Shown in pieces: positions 1-15,059 of a stretch of 64,000 nucleotides of DNA. The stretch is from NCBI RefSeq assembly GCF_058153355.1, contig NZ_CM177019.1; one strand, written 5' to 3'. Positions within the stretch are counted from its first letter, which is position 1. Every line of letters starts with the position of its first letter. Below the pieces are notes generated by a model. It had not been told where the DNA came from, ran no database searches, and was given only the letters and a program-made list of their open reading frames with translations. The translations under genes and the position numbers were made by a program.

Positions 1-362
1 ACGATCTGTATGTCAGTTTCGACGTTAAAGATCTCCAAAAAGCGATGTTCCGCCAGCAGAGTTTCCCGTCAGTGGTGATGAACCCCCAGGACGCGCATAG
101 CGCTTATATTCGCGGTGAAGTGGAGTTGGTGCGGATTCGTGATGCCGAAGGGCGAATTGCGGCAGAAGGGGCTTTGCCTTATCCGCCTGGCGTGCTTTGC
201 GTGGTGCCCGGGGAAGTCTGGGGCGGGGCTGTCCAGCGTTATTTCCTTGCGCTGGAAGAAGGGGGGAATTTGCTGCCGGGATTTTCGCCGGAGTTGCAAG
301 GTGTCTATAGCGAAACCGATGCGGATGGCATGAAACGGTTGTACGGTTATGTGTTGAAGTAA
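1..362 (+). CDS. speC: ornithine decarboxylase, C-terminal fragment (5' end lies outside the window)
   Basis: Frame is open from base 3 to TAA at 360-362. The tail ...PGFSPELQGVYSETDADGMKRLYGYVLK is recognised as the SpeC C-terminus. Adjacent to nupG as in K-12. Confidence 0.85.
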   Translation, partial: DLYVSFDVKDLQKAMFRQQSFPSVVMNPQDAHSAYIRGEVELVRIRDAEGRIAAEGALPYPPGVLCVVPGEVWGGAVQRYFLALEEGGNLLPGFSPELQGVYSETDADGMKRLYGYVLK

Positions 363-365
363 GAA

Positions 366-401
366 TAAAAAAACGGGTCACCTTCTGGCGACCCGTTTTT
401 C
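366..401. terminator. bidirectional intrinsic terminator between convergent speC and nupG
   Basis: Stem cgggtc (374-379) pairs with gacccg (390-395). An A-run precedes the hairpin and a T-run follows it. Confidence 0.7.
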
Positions 402-410
402 TTTGCGTAA

Positions 411-1667
411 TTAGTGGCTAACCGTCTGTGTACCTGTCGGGACACGAACGTGTTTATATTTGAACATCGCCATGAACGCGAAGGCCAGAACCACGGAGTA
501 ACCTGCGAAAATCAGCCATACGGTCTGCCAGTCGGTAATGCCGTTTTGGGTGTACATCTCAACCACTTTACCGCTCACGATGCCGCCGAGGATACAGCCG
601 AAGCCGTTAGTCATCATCAGGAACATCCCTTGCGCACTGGCGCGAATCGCCGGGCTAACTTCTTTTTCCACAAATACGGAACCAGAGATATTGAAGAAGT
701 CGAATGCGCACCCGTAAACGATCATCGACAGCACCAGCAGCACAGTACCGAACGGAGTCGGGTCGCCGTAAGCAAACAGAGCAAAACGCAGGATCCACGC
801 CACGATACTGATCATCATTACGTTCTTAATACCGTAGCGGCTTAAGAAGAACGGGATGGTCAGAATGAACAGGGTTTCAGAGATCTGCGAAATCGACATG
901 ATGATTGACGCATGCTGCACGATGAAGCTGCTGGCAAACATCGGATCTTTGTCGAAGCTGTGCAGGAAGGTGTTACCGAACATGTTGGTAATCTGCAGTT
1001 CCGCGCCCAGCAGCATTGAGAAGATGAAGAAGATTGCCATACGCTTGTTTTTAAACAGCGCGAATGCATCGAGGCCCAGCAGGGTTGTCCAGCTCTGATT
1101 CGCTTGCTGTTTAGCAACCGGAATATGCGGCAGAGTCAGGGTAAATAGAACCAGAACGGCGGAAAGAGCTGCGCCAATATACAGCTGCATGTGGCTTAAT
1201 TCGAAGCCAGACAGGCTCACCACCCACATTGCCATGATAAAGCCGATGGTGCCCCAGATACGAATTGGCGGGAAGTCAGTAACGATATCCATCCCGGCAT
1301 TTTGCAGGCGATAGTAAGAGATGGTGTTGATTAACCCAAGCGTTGGCATATAAGCAAACGAGTTAATCAATATCACAAGGAACATCGCTTCCGGCGTCGT
1401 AACCTGTGCCGCCATGAACAGCGTGATAGCGCCAATGGTGTGGCAAATGGCATAGACCCATTTCGCACTTAACCATTTGTCGGCCACAATCCCCAGCAGC
1501 GCAGGCATGAAGACTGCGGCGATACCCAGCGAGCTATAAACTGCGCCAATAGAAGCACCGTCAAACTTCAGGGTAACAAACATATAGGAGCCGAGGGTCG
1601 TCAGCCAACTTCCCCACAGACAGAACTGCAGAAAAGAGAGGATTTTCAGCTGCAGCTTAAGATTCAT
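411..1667 (-). CDS. nupG: nucleoside:H+ symporter NupG (418 aa)
   Basis: ORF 411-1715. Internal start MNLKLQLKILSFLQFCLWGSW... gives the known 418-aa length. Polytopic membrane protein. Confidence 0.93.
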   Translation of the reverse strand: MNLKLQLKILSFLQFCLWGSWLTTLGSYMFVTLKFDGASIGAVYSSLGIAAVFMPALLGIVADKWLSAKWVYAICHTIGAITLFMAAQVTTPEAMFLVILINSFAYMPTLGLINTISYYRLQNAGMDIVTDFPPIRIWGTIGFIMAMWVVSLSGFELSHMQLYIGAALSAVLVLFTLTLPHIPVAKQQANQSWTTLLGLDAFALFKNKRMAIFFIFSMLLGAELQITNMFGNTFLHSFDKDPMFASSFIVQHASIIMSISQISETLFILTIPFFLSRYGIKNVMMISIVAWILRFALFAYGDPTPFGTVLLVLSMIVYGCAFDFFNISGSVFVEKEVSPAIRASAQGMFLMMTNGFGCILGGIVSGKVVEMYTQNGITDWQTVWLIFAGYSVVLAFAFMAMFKYKHVRVPTGTQTVSH

Positions 1668-1811
1668 GTTAATTTCCTCACATCGTGATGCGGATGAGTG
1701 TTTGAAAAAGCACATTTGACCGTGCGAGATGATGCGATTCTATCAACTTCGCAGACTGGTTTTTTGTTACCTGTGGCAAATAATTGCAAACATTCCCAAT
1801 TTGCAAAACGA

Positions 1812-1833
1812 AATTGTGATGTGGATAACATTT
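1812..1833. promoter_or_regulatory. CRP-like half-palindrome upstream of nupG
   Basis: aattgtgatgtggataacattt contains TGTGA-N6-TAACA. nupG is known to belong to the CRP/CytR/DeoR regulon. Confidence 0.4.
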
Positions 1834-1868
1834 TTGCCCCTGAGCATCGTCAGGGGCGGTAAGTGGAA

Positions 1869-2975
<1,107 letters not shown>

Positions 2976-3012
2976 TTATGCAAGTTGCCGGAGGTGACCT
3001 CCGGCTCTGTTT

Positions 3013-3291
<279 letters not shown>

Positions 3292-3315
3292 TCATCCTCT
3301 TTATCGACTCACGCG

Positions 3316-4368
3316 CTAAACCGGCGCGCCAGTGCGTAACTGCTGTAACAAACGCTCCACGGGAGCCGCCAGGCCAACTGACGGCGGTTGCGCTAAGTTA
3401 TACCAGAGCGCATTGCCTTCATCCATGCAGCCGGTGAATGACGACACGGGAAGCCACATAGGCACAATATCTAAGTGGAAATGGCTGAAGGTATGCCGAA
3501 ACGCGGTCAGTTGCGTCAGGTTATCGGCAGAAATCTGCCGTTGCGCCAGCCACTGCCGCAAACTTTCTTCATCGGCAAACTGCGGGAAACAGTATAAACC
3601 GCCCCACAATCCGCTCGGCGGACGCTGCGCCAGCAATACTTCATCTTCGTGCTGTAACAGCAAAAAGTAGCCGGTGCGCTCCGGTAGCGTCTGTTTCGGT
3701 TTTTTGCCCGGATAAAGCGACCAGCTATTGTTGGCGGCGGCAATACATCCGTTTTGTAGCGGACAGAGCGAACATTTCGGCTTAGAGCGCGTACAAATCA
3801 TCGCGCCCAAATCCATCATCGCCTGGTTAAACCGTTCCACGCCAACCGCGGGCGTCACCTGCTCGCTTAAACTCCATAGTTTGTTCTCGACCTCTTTTTT
3901 CCCAGGCCAGCCGTTTACAGCATAGCAGCGCGCCAGCACCCGTTTGACGTTACCGTCGAGAATCGGAAAGTGCTTACCCAGAGAAAGCGAGAGAATCGCG
4001 CCTGCGGTGGAACGCCCGACGCCCGGTAACGCGGCAACCTCATCAAAGGTTTCCGGGAATTTACCGCCGTGTAAGGTGGCAACTTGCTGTGCCGCTTTAT
4101 GTAGATTGCGCGCGCGGGCGTAATAGCCCAGTCCGGTCCACAAGTGGAGAATTTCGTCCAGCGGCGCATTGGCGAGATCGGTCACCGTTGGGAAGCGCGC
4201 CATAAAGCGTTCAAAATAGGGGATAACGGTCGCAACCTGAGTTTGTTGCAACATCACTTCTGAGAGCCATACTTTGTAGGGCGTCTTGTCAATTTGCCAG
4301 GGCAGCGTTTTCCGCCCGTATTTATCGTACCAGTCCAGAACCTGGGCTGAAAATTGCGACGCTTGCAT
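3316..4368 (-). CDS. mutY: adenine DNA glycosylase MutY (350 aa)
   Basis: ORF 3316-4398. Start [25 protein letters not shown] gives 350 aa. The HhH-GPD fold and 4Fe-4S Cys cluster ([17 protein letters not shown]) are present. Confidence 0.94.
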   Translation of the reverse strand: MQASQFSAQVLDWYDKYGRKTLPWQIDKTPYKVWLSEVMLQQTQVATVIPYFERFMARFPTVTDLANAPLDEILHLWTGLGYYARARNLHKAAQQVATLHGGKFPETFDEVAALPGVGRSTAGAILSLSLGKHFPILDGNVKRVLARCYAVNGWPGKKEVENKLWSLSEQVTPAVGVERFNQAMMDLGAMICTRSKPKCSLCPLQNGCIAAANNSWSLYPGKKPKQTLPERTGYFLLLQHEDEVLLAQRPPSGLWGGLYCFPQFADEESLRQWLAQRQISADNLTQLTAFRHTFSHFHLDIVPMWLPVSSFTGCMDEGNALWYNLAQPPSVGLAAPVERLLQQLRTGAPV

Positions 4369-4528
4369 GGTCACCGAATTCACTGTTGTTGGGGGCAAGA
4401 TTGCAGCACAGCGACGGCAGGGTGTAAACCGGAACTTTCCGCAGCCACGGCCTTATCATGCTTGCATCCGGCAACTAACTTTGGATAATGCCCGTTTTCA
4501 GAACACTTTCACAAGCGACTAAATCTTT

Positions 4529-5248
4529 ATGAAAAACGACGTCATCTCACCGGAATTTGATGAAAACGGCCGCCCACTGCGCCGTATCCGTAGTTTTGTG
4601 CGCCGCCAGGGGCGACTGACCAAAGGCCAGGAACATGCGCTGGAAAACTACTGGCCGGTGATGGGCGTTGAGTTCAGCGAAGATATGCTGGATTTCCCTG
4701 CGCTTTTTGGCCGTGAAGCGCCAGTGACGCTTGAGATTGGTTTCGGCATGGGGGCGTCGCTGGTGGCAATGGCTAAAGATCGCCCTGAGCAGGACTTCCT
4801 CGGCATTGAAGTGCATTCACCAGGCGTTGGTGCGTGCCTGTCTTCTGCGCATGAAGAGGGCTTAAGCAACCTGCGCGTGATGTGTCACGATGCGGTTGAA
4901 GTGCTACACAAAATGATTCCTGACAATTCATTGCGCATGGTACAGCTCTTTTTCCCTGACCCGTGGCACAAAGCGCGCCATAATAAACGCCGTATCGTTC
5001 AGGTGCCGTTTGCCGAACTGGTAAAAAGCAAACTGCAACTGGGGGGCGTATTCCATATGGCGACCGACTGGGAACCTTATGCGGAACATATGCTTGAAGT
5101 GATGTCTTCGATTGACGGTTATAAAAACCTGTCAGAGAGCAATGATTACGTACCGCGCCCGGCATCACGTCCGGTGACGAAATTTGAACAACGTGGTCAT
5201 CGTCTTGGTCACGGAGTATGGGACTTAATGTTCGAGAGGGTGAAATAA
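4529..5248 (+). CDS. trmB: tRNA (guanine-N7)-methyltransferase
   Basis: 239-aa [34 protein letters not shown]...; divergent from mutY as in K-12. Confidence 0.94.
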   Translation: MKNDVISPEFDENGRPLRRIRSFVRRQGRLTKGQEHALENYWPVMGVEFSEDMLDFPALFGREAPVTLEIGFGMGASLVAMAKDRPEQDFLGIEVHSPGVGACLSSAHEEGLSNLRVMCHDAVEVLHKMIPDNSLRMVQLFFPDPWHKARHNKRRIVQVPFAELVKSKLQLGGVFHMATDWEPYAEHMLEVMSSIDGYKNLSESNDYVPRPASRPVTKFEQRGHRLGHGVWDLMFERVK

Positions 5249-5574
5249 TGGCAAAGAACCGTAGCCGTCGTCTGCGTAAAAAAATGCACATCGACGAATT
5301 CCAGGAATTAGGATTTTCGGTGGCATGGCGATTCCCGGAAGGTACATCGGAAGAACAGATTGATAAAACCGTTGATGACTTTATTAACGAGGTTATCGAA
5401 CCGAACAAACTGGCCTTTGACGGCAGCGGATATCTGGCCTGGGAAGGTCTGATCTGCATGCAGGAAATCGGCAAATGCACCGAAGAACATCAGGCGATTG
5501 TGCGTAAGTGGCTGGAAGAGCGCAAACTGGATGAGGTACGCACCAGCGAACTTTTCGACGTTTGGTGGGACTAA
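5248..5574 (+). CDS. yggL: DUF469 ribosome-associated protein YggL (108 aa)
   Basis: Start [23 protein letters not shown] overlaps the trmB stop (gtgaaataATGg). Confidence 0.9.
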   Translation: MAKNRSRRLRKKMHIDEFQELGFSVAWRFPEGTSEEQIDKTVDDFINEVIEPNKLAFDGSGYLAWEGLICMQEIGKCTEEHQAIVRKWLEERKLDEVRTSELFDVWWD

Positions 5575-5606
5575 GAAAGCATACGGGCGATGACAAATGC
5601 AAAACT

Positions 5607-5687
<81 letters not shown>

Positions 5688-5757
5688 GGATAACGTGTAC
5701 TTTGTTATCAATCTGGGGCCAGCAAATGCTGGCCTGATTTGTTCTTGAGGGAAGACT

Positions 5758-6477
5758 ATGATGCGCAAAATGCTGCTGGCGGCAGCACTTTCAGTGACGG
5801 CAATGACCGCTCACGCCGACTACCAGTGCAGCGTCACGCCGCGTGATGATGTGATTGTCAGCCCGCAAACCGTGCAGGTGAAGGGCGAAAACGGCAATCT
5901 GGTGATCACGCCAGACGGCAACGTGATGTATAACGGTAAGCAATATTCCCTGAACGCCGCCCAGCGCGAGCAGGCGAAGGATTATCAGGCTGAACTGCGT
6001 AGCACGCTGCCGTGGATTGATGAAGGCGCGAAAAGCCGCGTCGAGAAAGCCCGTATTGCGCTGGATAAAATTATCGTTCAGGAGATGGGCGAAAGCAGCA
6101 AAATGCGCAGCCGTCTGACCAAACTTGATGCGCAGCTGAAAGAGCAGATGAACCGCATTATCGAAACGCGCAGCGACGGCCTGACGTTTCACTATAAAGC
6201 CATTGATCAGGTTCGCGCCGAAGGCCAGCAATTAGTGAATCAGGCAATGGGCGGAATTTTACAGGACAGCATTAATGAAATGGGCGCGAAAGCGGTGCTG
6301 AAAAGCGGTGGTAACCCATTACAGAATGTGCTGGGAAGCCTGGGCGGTCTGCAATCCTCAATCCAAACCGAATGGAAAAAGCAGGAAAAAGATTTCCAAC
6401 AGTTTGGCAAAGATGTTTGTAGCCGCGTTGTGACTCTGGAAGATAGTCGCAAAGCCCTGGTCGGGAATTTAAAATAA
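5758..6477 (+). CDS. yggN: periplasmic DUF2884 protein YggN
   Basis: 239-aa ORF with a signal peptide: MMRKMLLAAALSVTAMTAHADYQCSV... Confidence 0.9.
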   Translation: MMRKMLLAAALSVTAMTAHADYQCSVTPRDDVIVSPQTVQVKGENGNLVITPDGNVMYNGKQYSLNAAQREQAKDYQAELRSTLPWIDEGAKSRVEKARIALDKIIVQEMGESSKMRSRLTKLDAQLKEQMNRIIETRSDGLTFHYKAIDQVRAEGQQLVNQAMGGILQDSINEMGAKAVLKSGGNPLQNVLGSLGGLQSSIQTEWKKQEKDFQQFGKDVCSRVVTLEDSRKALVGNLK

Positions 6478-6628
6478 TCCCCTATTTTAAGACGGCATAA
6501 TACTTTTTTATGCCGTTTAATTCTTCGTTTTGTTACCTGCCTCTAACTTTGTAGATCTCCAAAATATATTCACGTTGTAAATTGTTTAACGTCAAATTTC
6601 CCATACAAAGCTAAGGGATAATGCGTAG

Positions 6629-7698
<1,070 letters not shown>

Positions 7699-7705
7699 TC
7701 ACCTC

Positions 7706-7731
7706 GCCCCGGTATCGTGCCGGGGCTTTTC
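7706..7731 (+). terminator. ansB intrinsic terminator
   Basis: Stem gccccgg (7706-7712) pairs with ccggggc (7720-7726), followed by tttt. Confidence 0.75.
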
Positions 7732-7813
7732 ACTTCAGACTCACGTCCATTGCCAATTTTCATCACCCTAATGATAATCACCGGAATAAATTATTCCGCG
7801 CGAGGGTTTTCGG

Positions 7814-8821
7814 GTGAAAAAGCAATGGATTGTAGGCACGGCGCTGCTTATGTTGATGACTGGTAATGCCTGGGCAGATGGCGAACCGCCAACTGAAAAT
7901 ATCTTAAAAGATCAATTCAAAAAGCAGTATCACGGCATTCTCAAGCTTGATGCCATCAGCTTAAAAAATCTTGATGCTAAGGGTAATCAGGCCACCTGGT
8001 CAGCGGAAGGCGATGTCTCTTCCAGTGACGATCTCTATACCTGGGTCGGTCAGTTGGCAGATTACGAACTGCTCGAACAGACCTGGACGAAAGATAAACC
8101 GGTAAAATTCTCGGCGATGTTAACCAGTAAAGGAACGCCCGCGTCTGGCTGGTCGGTGAACTTTTACTCTTTTCAGGCGGCAGCCAGCGATCGTGGGCGG
8201 GTGGTCGACGATATCAAAACGAATAATAAATATCTGATCGTGAATAGCGAAGATTTCAATTATCGCTTTAGTCAGCTTGAATCAGCGTTGAATACCCAGA
8301 AGAACTCGATTCCTGCGCTGGAAAAGGAAGTGAAAGCGCTTGATAAGCAAATGGTGGCGGCGCAGAAAGCAGCGGATGCATATTGGGGAAAAGATGCAAA
8401 CGGTAAGCAAATGACCCGCGAAGACGCCTTTAAAAAAATTCACCAACAGCGTGATGAGTTTAATAAACAGAACGATAGCGAGGCGTTCGCGGTTAAATAT
8501 GACAAAGAGGTTTATCAACCGGCGATTGCGGCATGTCATAAACAGAGTGCAGAGTGTTATGAAGTGCCGATTCAGCAGAAGCGAGATTTCGATATCAACG
8601 AACAACGGCGACAGACTTTTCTGCAATCACAAAAACTTAGTCGTAAATTGCAGGATGACTGGATAACGCTCGAAAAAGGGCAATATCCGTTAACGATGAA
8701 AGTTTCAGAAATAAACAGTAAAAAAGTCGCGATTTTGATGAAAATTGATGATATCAACCAGGCTAATGAACGCTGGAAAAAAGATACCGAACAATTGCGG
8801 CGCAATGGGGTGATTAAGTAA
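7814..8821 (+). CDS. yggM: DUF1202 periplasmic protein YggM
   Basis: 335-aa ORF with a GTG start and signal peptide: MKKQWIVGTALLMLMTGNAWADGEPP... Confidence 0.88.
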   Translation: MKKQWIVGTALLMLMTGNAWADGEPPTENILKDQFKKQYHGILKLDAISLKNLDAKGNQATWSAEGDVSSSDDLYTWVGQLADYELLEQTWTKDKPVKFSAMLTSKGTPASGWSVNFYSFQAAASDRGRVVDDIKTNNKYLIVNSEDFNYRFSQLESALNTQKNSIPALEKEVKALDKQMVAAQKAADAYWGKDANGKQMTREDAFKKIHQQRDEFNKQNDSEAFAVKYDKEVYQPAIAACHKQSAECYEVPIQQKRDFDINEQRRQTFLQSQKLSRKLQDDWITLEKGQYPLTMKVSEINSKKVAILMKIDDINQANERWKKDTEQLRRNGVIK

Positions 8822-8843
8822 TTTTTGCGATGACGCAAGAGTT

Positions 8844-8876
8844 GTAGCCGGATGTTGCGTACACGCCGCATCCGGC
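8844..8876. repeat. single REP palindrome
   Basis: Sequence tgtagccggatgttgcgtacacgccgcatccggca. Confidence 0.7.
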
Positions 8877-8885
8877 AATACAAAT

Positions 8886-10022
8886 TTACTCAGCCAGAAA
8901 AAGCTCCAGCAGCGAATTTAAAAACAACTTCCCATGTTCCGTTATCTGCCAGTAATCCGCACATTCTGTGAGATAACCCTGAGCAATAGCCTCGTCTAAC
9001 TGAGGGCGAATAACCTCTTCTGAAAGGCCAGTATACTGGCTAAACTCCACGCGCGGCGCGGCTTCCAGCAGACGGAAGCGATTCATAAAGAACTCAAACG
9101 GCTTATCTGCGGCTTCGACATCGCGCTGGCTTTCCAGATACCGCCCCTGCATAAAACCACGCGGATGACGCGTTTTGGTGGTGCGCAGAATGCGCCCATC
9201 CGGGAAGGTGACTTTGCCGTGCGCGCCGCAGCCAATACCGATGTAGTCACCAAATCGCCAGTAGTTGAGATTGTGCTGGCACTGATAACCTGGTTTGGCG
9301 TAAGCGGATGTTTCATACTGCTGATAGCCCGCTGCGGTTAATAACTGATGCCCCTGTTCGAAAATATCCCACAGCGCGTCATCGTCCGGCAGTACAGGAG
9401 GGCGCGAGCCAAACAGCGTATTAGGTTCGATGGTTAGCTGATACCAGGAAAGATGCGGCGGATTCAGTTCAATAGCCTGGCGTAGATCGCCAAGCGCCTC
9501 TTCCAGTGATTGATCCGGTAGCCCATGCATCAAATCGAGGTTAAAGCTACGTAACCCTAAACCGCTCGCCAGCTTCGCAGCTCGTTTCGCTTCTTGCGGG
9601 CCATGAATGCGCCCAAGTCGTTTCAGCTTTTCTTCGCTAAAACTCTGCACACCAATAGAGATGCGATTCACGCCAGCACGCTGATAATCAACAAAGCGAT
9701 CGGCTTCTACCGTGCCTGGGTTCGCTTCCATGGTGATTTCTGCATCCGCTGCCAGCGGCAAACGCGCACGCACGCCGTCCAGCAGCGTTTGCATCGCCGG
9801 GCCAGAAAGCAGGCTCGGCGTACCGCCGCCAATAAAGATTGTCTGCACTTCACGGCCCTGAGCGTAAGCCACATCGTTGTCCAGATCGTTAAGCAGATGC
9901 TGAACATAATCGTCGTGCGGCACTTCTCCTTTCAACGCGTGAGAGTTGAAATCGCAGTACGGACATTTCTGCACGCACCACGGGATGTGAATGTAGAGAC
10001 TCAGCGGCGGTAATTTAACCAT
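8886..10022 (-). CDS. hemW: radical-SAM heme chaperone HemW
   Basis: 378-aa ORF with the CxxxCxxC motif ([14 protein letters not shown]). Confidence 0.93.
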   Translation of the reverse strand: MVKLPPLSLYIHIPWCVQKCPYCDFNSHALKGEVPHDDYVQHLLNDLDNDVAYAQGREVQTIFIGGGTPSLLSGPAMQTLLDGVRARLPLAADAEITMEANPGTVEADRFVDYQRAGVNRISIGVQSFSEEKLKRLGRIHGPQEAKRAAKLASGLGLRSFNLDLMHGLPDQSLEEALGDLRQAIELNPPHLSWYQLTIEPNTLFGSRPPVLPDDDALWDIFEQGHQLLTAAGYQQYETSAYAKPGYQCQHNLNYWRFGDYIGIGCGAHGKVTFPDGRILRTTKTRHPRGFMQGRYLESQRDVEAADKPFEFFMNRFRLLEAAPRVEFSQYTGLSEEVIRPQLDEAIAQGYLTECADYWQITEHGKLFLNSLLELFLAE

Positions 10023-10608
10023 TTCGTAAAGCGTCCAACAGCAGTTTCAATGCCTGACCACGGTGGGAAATGGCGCTCTTTTCTTCGCGGGTCAGTTCGG
10101 CAGCAGTTTTACCTTCGGAAGGCACGAAGAATATTGGATCATAACCAAAGCCGCCAGTACCCGCCGGTTCACGAGTAATCACGCCCGGCCAGCTACCGTG
10201 GCACACCAGCGGAGTCGGATCTTCCGCGTGGCGCAGATATACCAGCACGCAGTGGAAACGCGCTTGACGTTGGTCGTCCGGTACGTCTTTCAGAGTTTCC
10301 AACAGTTTTTGCAGATTCTTTTGATCGGTCGCGTCTTCACCGGAATAACGTGCGGAGTAAATCCCAGGCGCACCGCCAAGTACATCTACCGCCAGACCAG
10401 AGTCGTCGGCAATTGCCGGTAAACCGGTCACTTTTGCCGCGTGGCGTGCTTTCAGAATCGCGTTTTCGATAAAGGTCAGGCCGGTTTCTTCGGCGGAATC
10501 TACGCCGAGGTCTGTTTGGGCCACGATATCAAGACCGAAGTCGCTAAGCAGCGACGCCAGCTCACGCACTTTACCGGCATTGCCGGTTGCGAGGACAACT
10601 TTTTGCAT
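10015..10608 (-). CDS. rdgB: dITP/XTP pyrophosphatase
   Basis: 197-aa [24 protein letters not shown]... It overlaps the hemW start by 8 nt. Confidence 0.94.
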   Translation of the reverse strand: MQKVVLATGNAGKVRELASLLSDFGLDIVAQTDLGVDSAEETGLTFIENAILKARHAAKVTGLPAIADDSGLAVDVLGGAPGIYSARYSGEDATDQKNLQKLLETLKDVPDDQRQARFHCVLVYLRHAEDPTPLVCHGSWPGVITREPAGTGGFGYDPIFFVPSEGKTAAELTREEKSAISHRGQALKLLLDALRNG

Positions 10609-10615
10609 AGGATAC

Positions 10616-10906
10616 CTAATTAATTAACGCCGCGATTTCTGGCGGGATTTGTTGCGGATTAATGATTTTAATTTGTTTGTGGCGGCCAAGTTCGCCTTTC
10701 TCAATTACCACCTGGCTTTTGGCTACCCGGAATTGCTTGCCGAGAAACTTCACCAGATGGCTGTTGGCCTGGCCGTCAACCGGCGGCGCGGTAATGGCGA
10801 CTTTTACTTCGTCGCCATGTAAACCGACAATAGAATCACGGCTGGCTTTCGGCTGAATATAAAGCCGTAAAACCAGACCGTCATCGTTAACTGTTACGGC
10901 ACTCAT
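10616..10906 (-). CDS. yggU: DUF167 protein YggU
   Basis: ORF 10616-10918. Start [24 protein letters not shown] gives 96 aa. The start is ambiguous by 4 codons. Confidence 0.85.
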
Positions 10907-11469
10907 AACGCCATCCACAGCCCCGGTAGCAGCATGTTTCCGGTCGCCTGCAGTACTTCTGCGACACCCATATTAATGACATACAGCAGCAGAACGAGGA
11001 TCATCGGCGAGAAATCAATCCCACCCATAGCCGGCAGCAGGCGGCGAATCGGACGCAGCAGTGGATCGGCCAGCTGAATCAGCACGTATTCAATCGGGCT
11101 ACGACCCTGGCTTACCCAGCTCATAATCGCCATCACCAGCAGGACCCAGAAAATCAACAGGCCGATGGTTTTCAGTAGAATCAGCAAACCTGCAATCCAG
11201 ATGATTGGCAGGAAGGTCACCACTTTAAACAGCACGATGGCTTTGATAAAACTCAAAATGTACGCAACCAGCAGCGAGGCGCTATCAATGGGGCCCATTG
11301 CCGGAATAACGCGGCGCAGTGGCCCGATAATTGGCTGCGTTACCTTCACTACAAACTGTGAGAAGGGGTTGTAAAAATCACAATGAGCCCACTGCATCCA
11401 GATGCGTAATAACAGCACCATGGTATACAGCTCAATGACCGTTGAAAGCAGGAAAGTCAACGTATTCAT
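10903..11469 (-). CDS. yggT: YggT-family inner-membrane protein
   Basis: 188-aa hydrophobic [27 protein letters not shown]... Confidence 0.9.
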
Positions 11470-11486
11470 GGCGTTCCTTTAATTCC

Positions 11487-12191
11487 TTATTTTTTAGAGT
11501 AATCACGCGCACCAAAAATTGCAGTGCCGATACGAACCATCGTGCTACCTGCCGCAATGGCGGCTTCCATATCGTCCGACATTCCCAGAGAGAGCGTGTC
11601 GATATGCGGGTAGCGCGTTTTCAGTCCGGCAAATGCTACAGCCATTTGGCGTGCAACTTCAAACTGCCTTACATATTCTGACTCAGGCGCAGGGATCGCC
11701 ATCAGCCCGCGTAGACGTAAACGCGGTAGTTCAGAGACCGCTGCTGCCAGCTCGTCCAGTTCAGCCAGTTGAATCCCGGACTTACTGTTTTCATCACTAA
11801 TATTAATTTGAATCAGTACGTTAAGAGGGGGGAGTTCTGCCGGGCGCTGGTCGTTCAGGCGGGTGGCGATGCGCAAACGGTCGATGGTATGACACCAGTC
11901 GAAATGTTCTGCCACCAGGCGGCTTTTATTAGACTGCAACGGGCCAATAAAATGCCATTCTAATCCTGTTACGCCCAGTTCCTGAAAGTGGCGAATTTTA
12001 TCTACCCCTTCCTGAACATAGTTTTCACCAAATTGACGCTGCCCGGCATCAATGGCTTCTGCGATGGCGCTCGCAGGTTTTGTTTTACTGACTGCAAGCA
12101 GCGTAATTTCTTCTGGAGAACGACCGCAACGCGTTGCAGCCGCTGAGATTTTGTCCCGGACCTGTGCCAGGTTATGCGCAATATCGTTCAT
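11487..12191 (-). CDS. yggS: PLP-homeostasis protein (YggS/PLPBP family)
   Basis: 234-aa ORF with a conserved Lys in the LLAVSKTKP motif. Confidence 0.93.
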   Translation of the reverse strand: MNDIAHNLAQVRDKISAAATRCGRSPEEITLLAVSKTKPASAIAEAIDAGQRQFGENYVQEGVDKIRHFQELGVTGLEWHFIGPLQSNKSRLVAEHFDWCHTIDRLRIATRLNDQRPAELPPLNVLIQINISDENSKSGIQLAELDELAAAVSELPRLRLRGLMAIPAPESEYVRQFEVARQMAVAFAGLKTRYPHIDTLSLGMSDDMEAAIAAGSTMVRIGTAIFGARDYSKK

Positions 12192-12208
12192 TTTCCGAGG
12201 ATCTTAGT

Positions 12209-13189
12209 ATGAATATGGAAGAAATTGTGGCCCTTAGTGTAAAGCATAACGTCTCGGATCTACACCTGTGCAGCGCCTGGCCCGCACGATGGCGTATTCG
12301 CGGGAGGATGGAAGCTGCGCCGTTTGATGCGCCGGACGTGGAAGAGCTATTGCGGGAGTGGCTGGATGACGATCAGCGGGCAATATTGCTGGAGAATGGT
12401 CAGTTGGATTTTGCCGTGTCGTTGGCGGAAAACCAGAGATTGCGCGGCAGTGCGTTCGCGCAACGGCAAGGTATTTCTCTGGCATTACGGTTGTTACCTT
12501 CGCACTGTCCACAGCTCGAACAGCTTGGTGCGCCACCGGTATTGCCGGAATTACTCAAGAGCCAGAATGGCCTGATTCTGGTGACGGGGGCGACGGGGAG
12601 CGGCAAATCTACCACGCTGGCGGCGATGGTTGGCTATCTCAATCAACATGCCGATGCGCATATTCTGACGCTGGAAGATCCTGTGGAATATCTCTATGCC
12701 AGCCAGCGATGTTTGATCCAGCAGCGGGAGATTGGTTTGCACTGTATGACGTTCGCATCGGGGTTGCGGGCTGCATTGCGGGAAGATCCCGATGTGATAT
12801 TGCTCGGAGAGCTGCGTGACAGCGAGACAATCCGTCTGGCGCTGACGGCGGCAGAAACCGGGCATCTGGTGCTGGCAACATTACATACGCGTGGTGCGGC
12901 GCAGGCAGTTGAGCGACTGGTGGATTCATTTCCTGCGCAGGAAAAAGATCCCGTGCGTAATCAACTGGCCGGGAGCTTGCGGGCAGTGTTGTCACAAAAG
13001 CTGGAAGTGGATAAACAGGAAGGAAGAGTAGCGCTGTTTGAATTGCTGATTAACACACCCGCGGTGGGGAATTTGATACGTGAAGGGAAAACCCACCAGT
13101 TACCACATGTTATTCAAACTGGGCTGCAGGTGGGGATGTTGACGTTTCAGCAGAGTTATCAGCAGCGGGTGGGGGAAGGGCGTTTGTGA
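12209..13189 (+). CDS. yggR: PilT-like type IV pilus retraction ATPase homolog (326 aa)
   Basis: ORF 12134-13189. Start is MNMEEIVALSVKHNVSDLHL. Walker A motif GATGSGKST is present. Confidence 0.9.
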   Translation: MNMEEIVALSVKHNVSDLHLCSAWPARWRIRGRMEAAPFDAPDVEELLREWLDDDQRAILLENGQLDFAVSLAENQRLRGSAFAQRQGISLALRLLPSHCPQLEQLGAPPVLPELLKSQNGLILVTGATGSGKSTTLAAMVGYLNQHADAHILTLEDPVEYLYASQRCLIQQREIGLHCMTFASGLRAALREDPDVILLGELRDSETIRLALTAAETGHLVLATLHTRGAAQAVERLVDSFPAQEKDPVRNQLAGSLRAVLSQKLEVDKQEGRVALFELLINTPAVGNLIREGKTHQLPHVIQTGLQVGMLTFQQSYQQRVGEGRL

Positions 13190-13220
13190 CGTTGCTGTGT
13201 CTGATACGAATTGTAAACAT

Positions 13221-14468
<1,248 letters not shown>

Positions 14469-14498
14469 CATGCCTGCAATCTGGGAAACCGGGGTAGA

Positions 14499-14529
<31 letters not shown>

Positions 14530-14560
14530 AGGGAAGCGTAACTTTGAATTCGCACTCACC

Positions 14561-14595
14561 GTAGGTTGGATAAGGCGTTTACGCCGCATCCAACA
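14561..14595. repeat. REP palindrome (partner of the interrupted REP)
   Basis: Sequence gtaggttggataaggcgtttacgccgcatccaacat. Confidence 0.75.
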
Positions 14596-14642
14596 TGAAA
14601 CAACGAGCACATTGTCAGAAATCTGTGCGCTAGTAAATCGCC

Positions 14643-15059
14643 TTAATATCCCTGCTCGAAATAACTTTCGAGAATAATAACCGCAGAGGCAGAGTCGACT
14701 TTACCTTTGTTGAGCGCCCGATAACCGCCCTGTTCGAACAGACCGGAGCGCGCTTCCACGGTGCTAAGCCGTTCATCATGGAGCTTAACTTCAACACCAA
14801 AACGGCCATGAATACGATTGGCGAATTTACGCGCCCGGGCAGTCAACGGTTGCTCGGTACCGTCCATATTCAGCGGCAAACCGACGATAATTTCGTCAGG
14901 TTGCCACTCTTTCAGTAAACGTTCGATAAGGTTCCAGTCCGGCGTACCGTCCTGTGCTTTAATTGCGGGCAGTGGGCGAGCGGTGCCGGTAATGCGTTGT
15001 CCGACCGCTACGCCAATGCTTTTGGTGCCGAAGTCGAAGGCGAGTAAGGTTCCACTCAT
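14643..15059 (-). CDS. ruvX: pre-16S rRNA nuclease / Holliday-junction-resolvase-like YqgF (138 aa)
   Basis: ORF 14643-15185. Start [20 protein letters not shown] gives 138 aa. Confidence 0.92.
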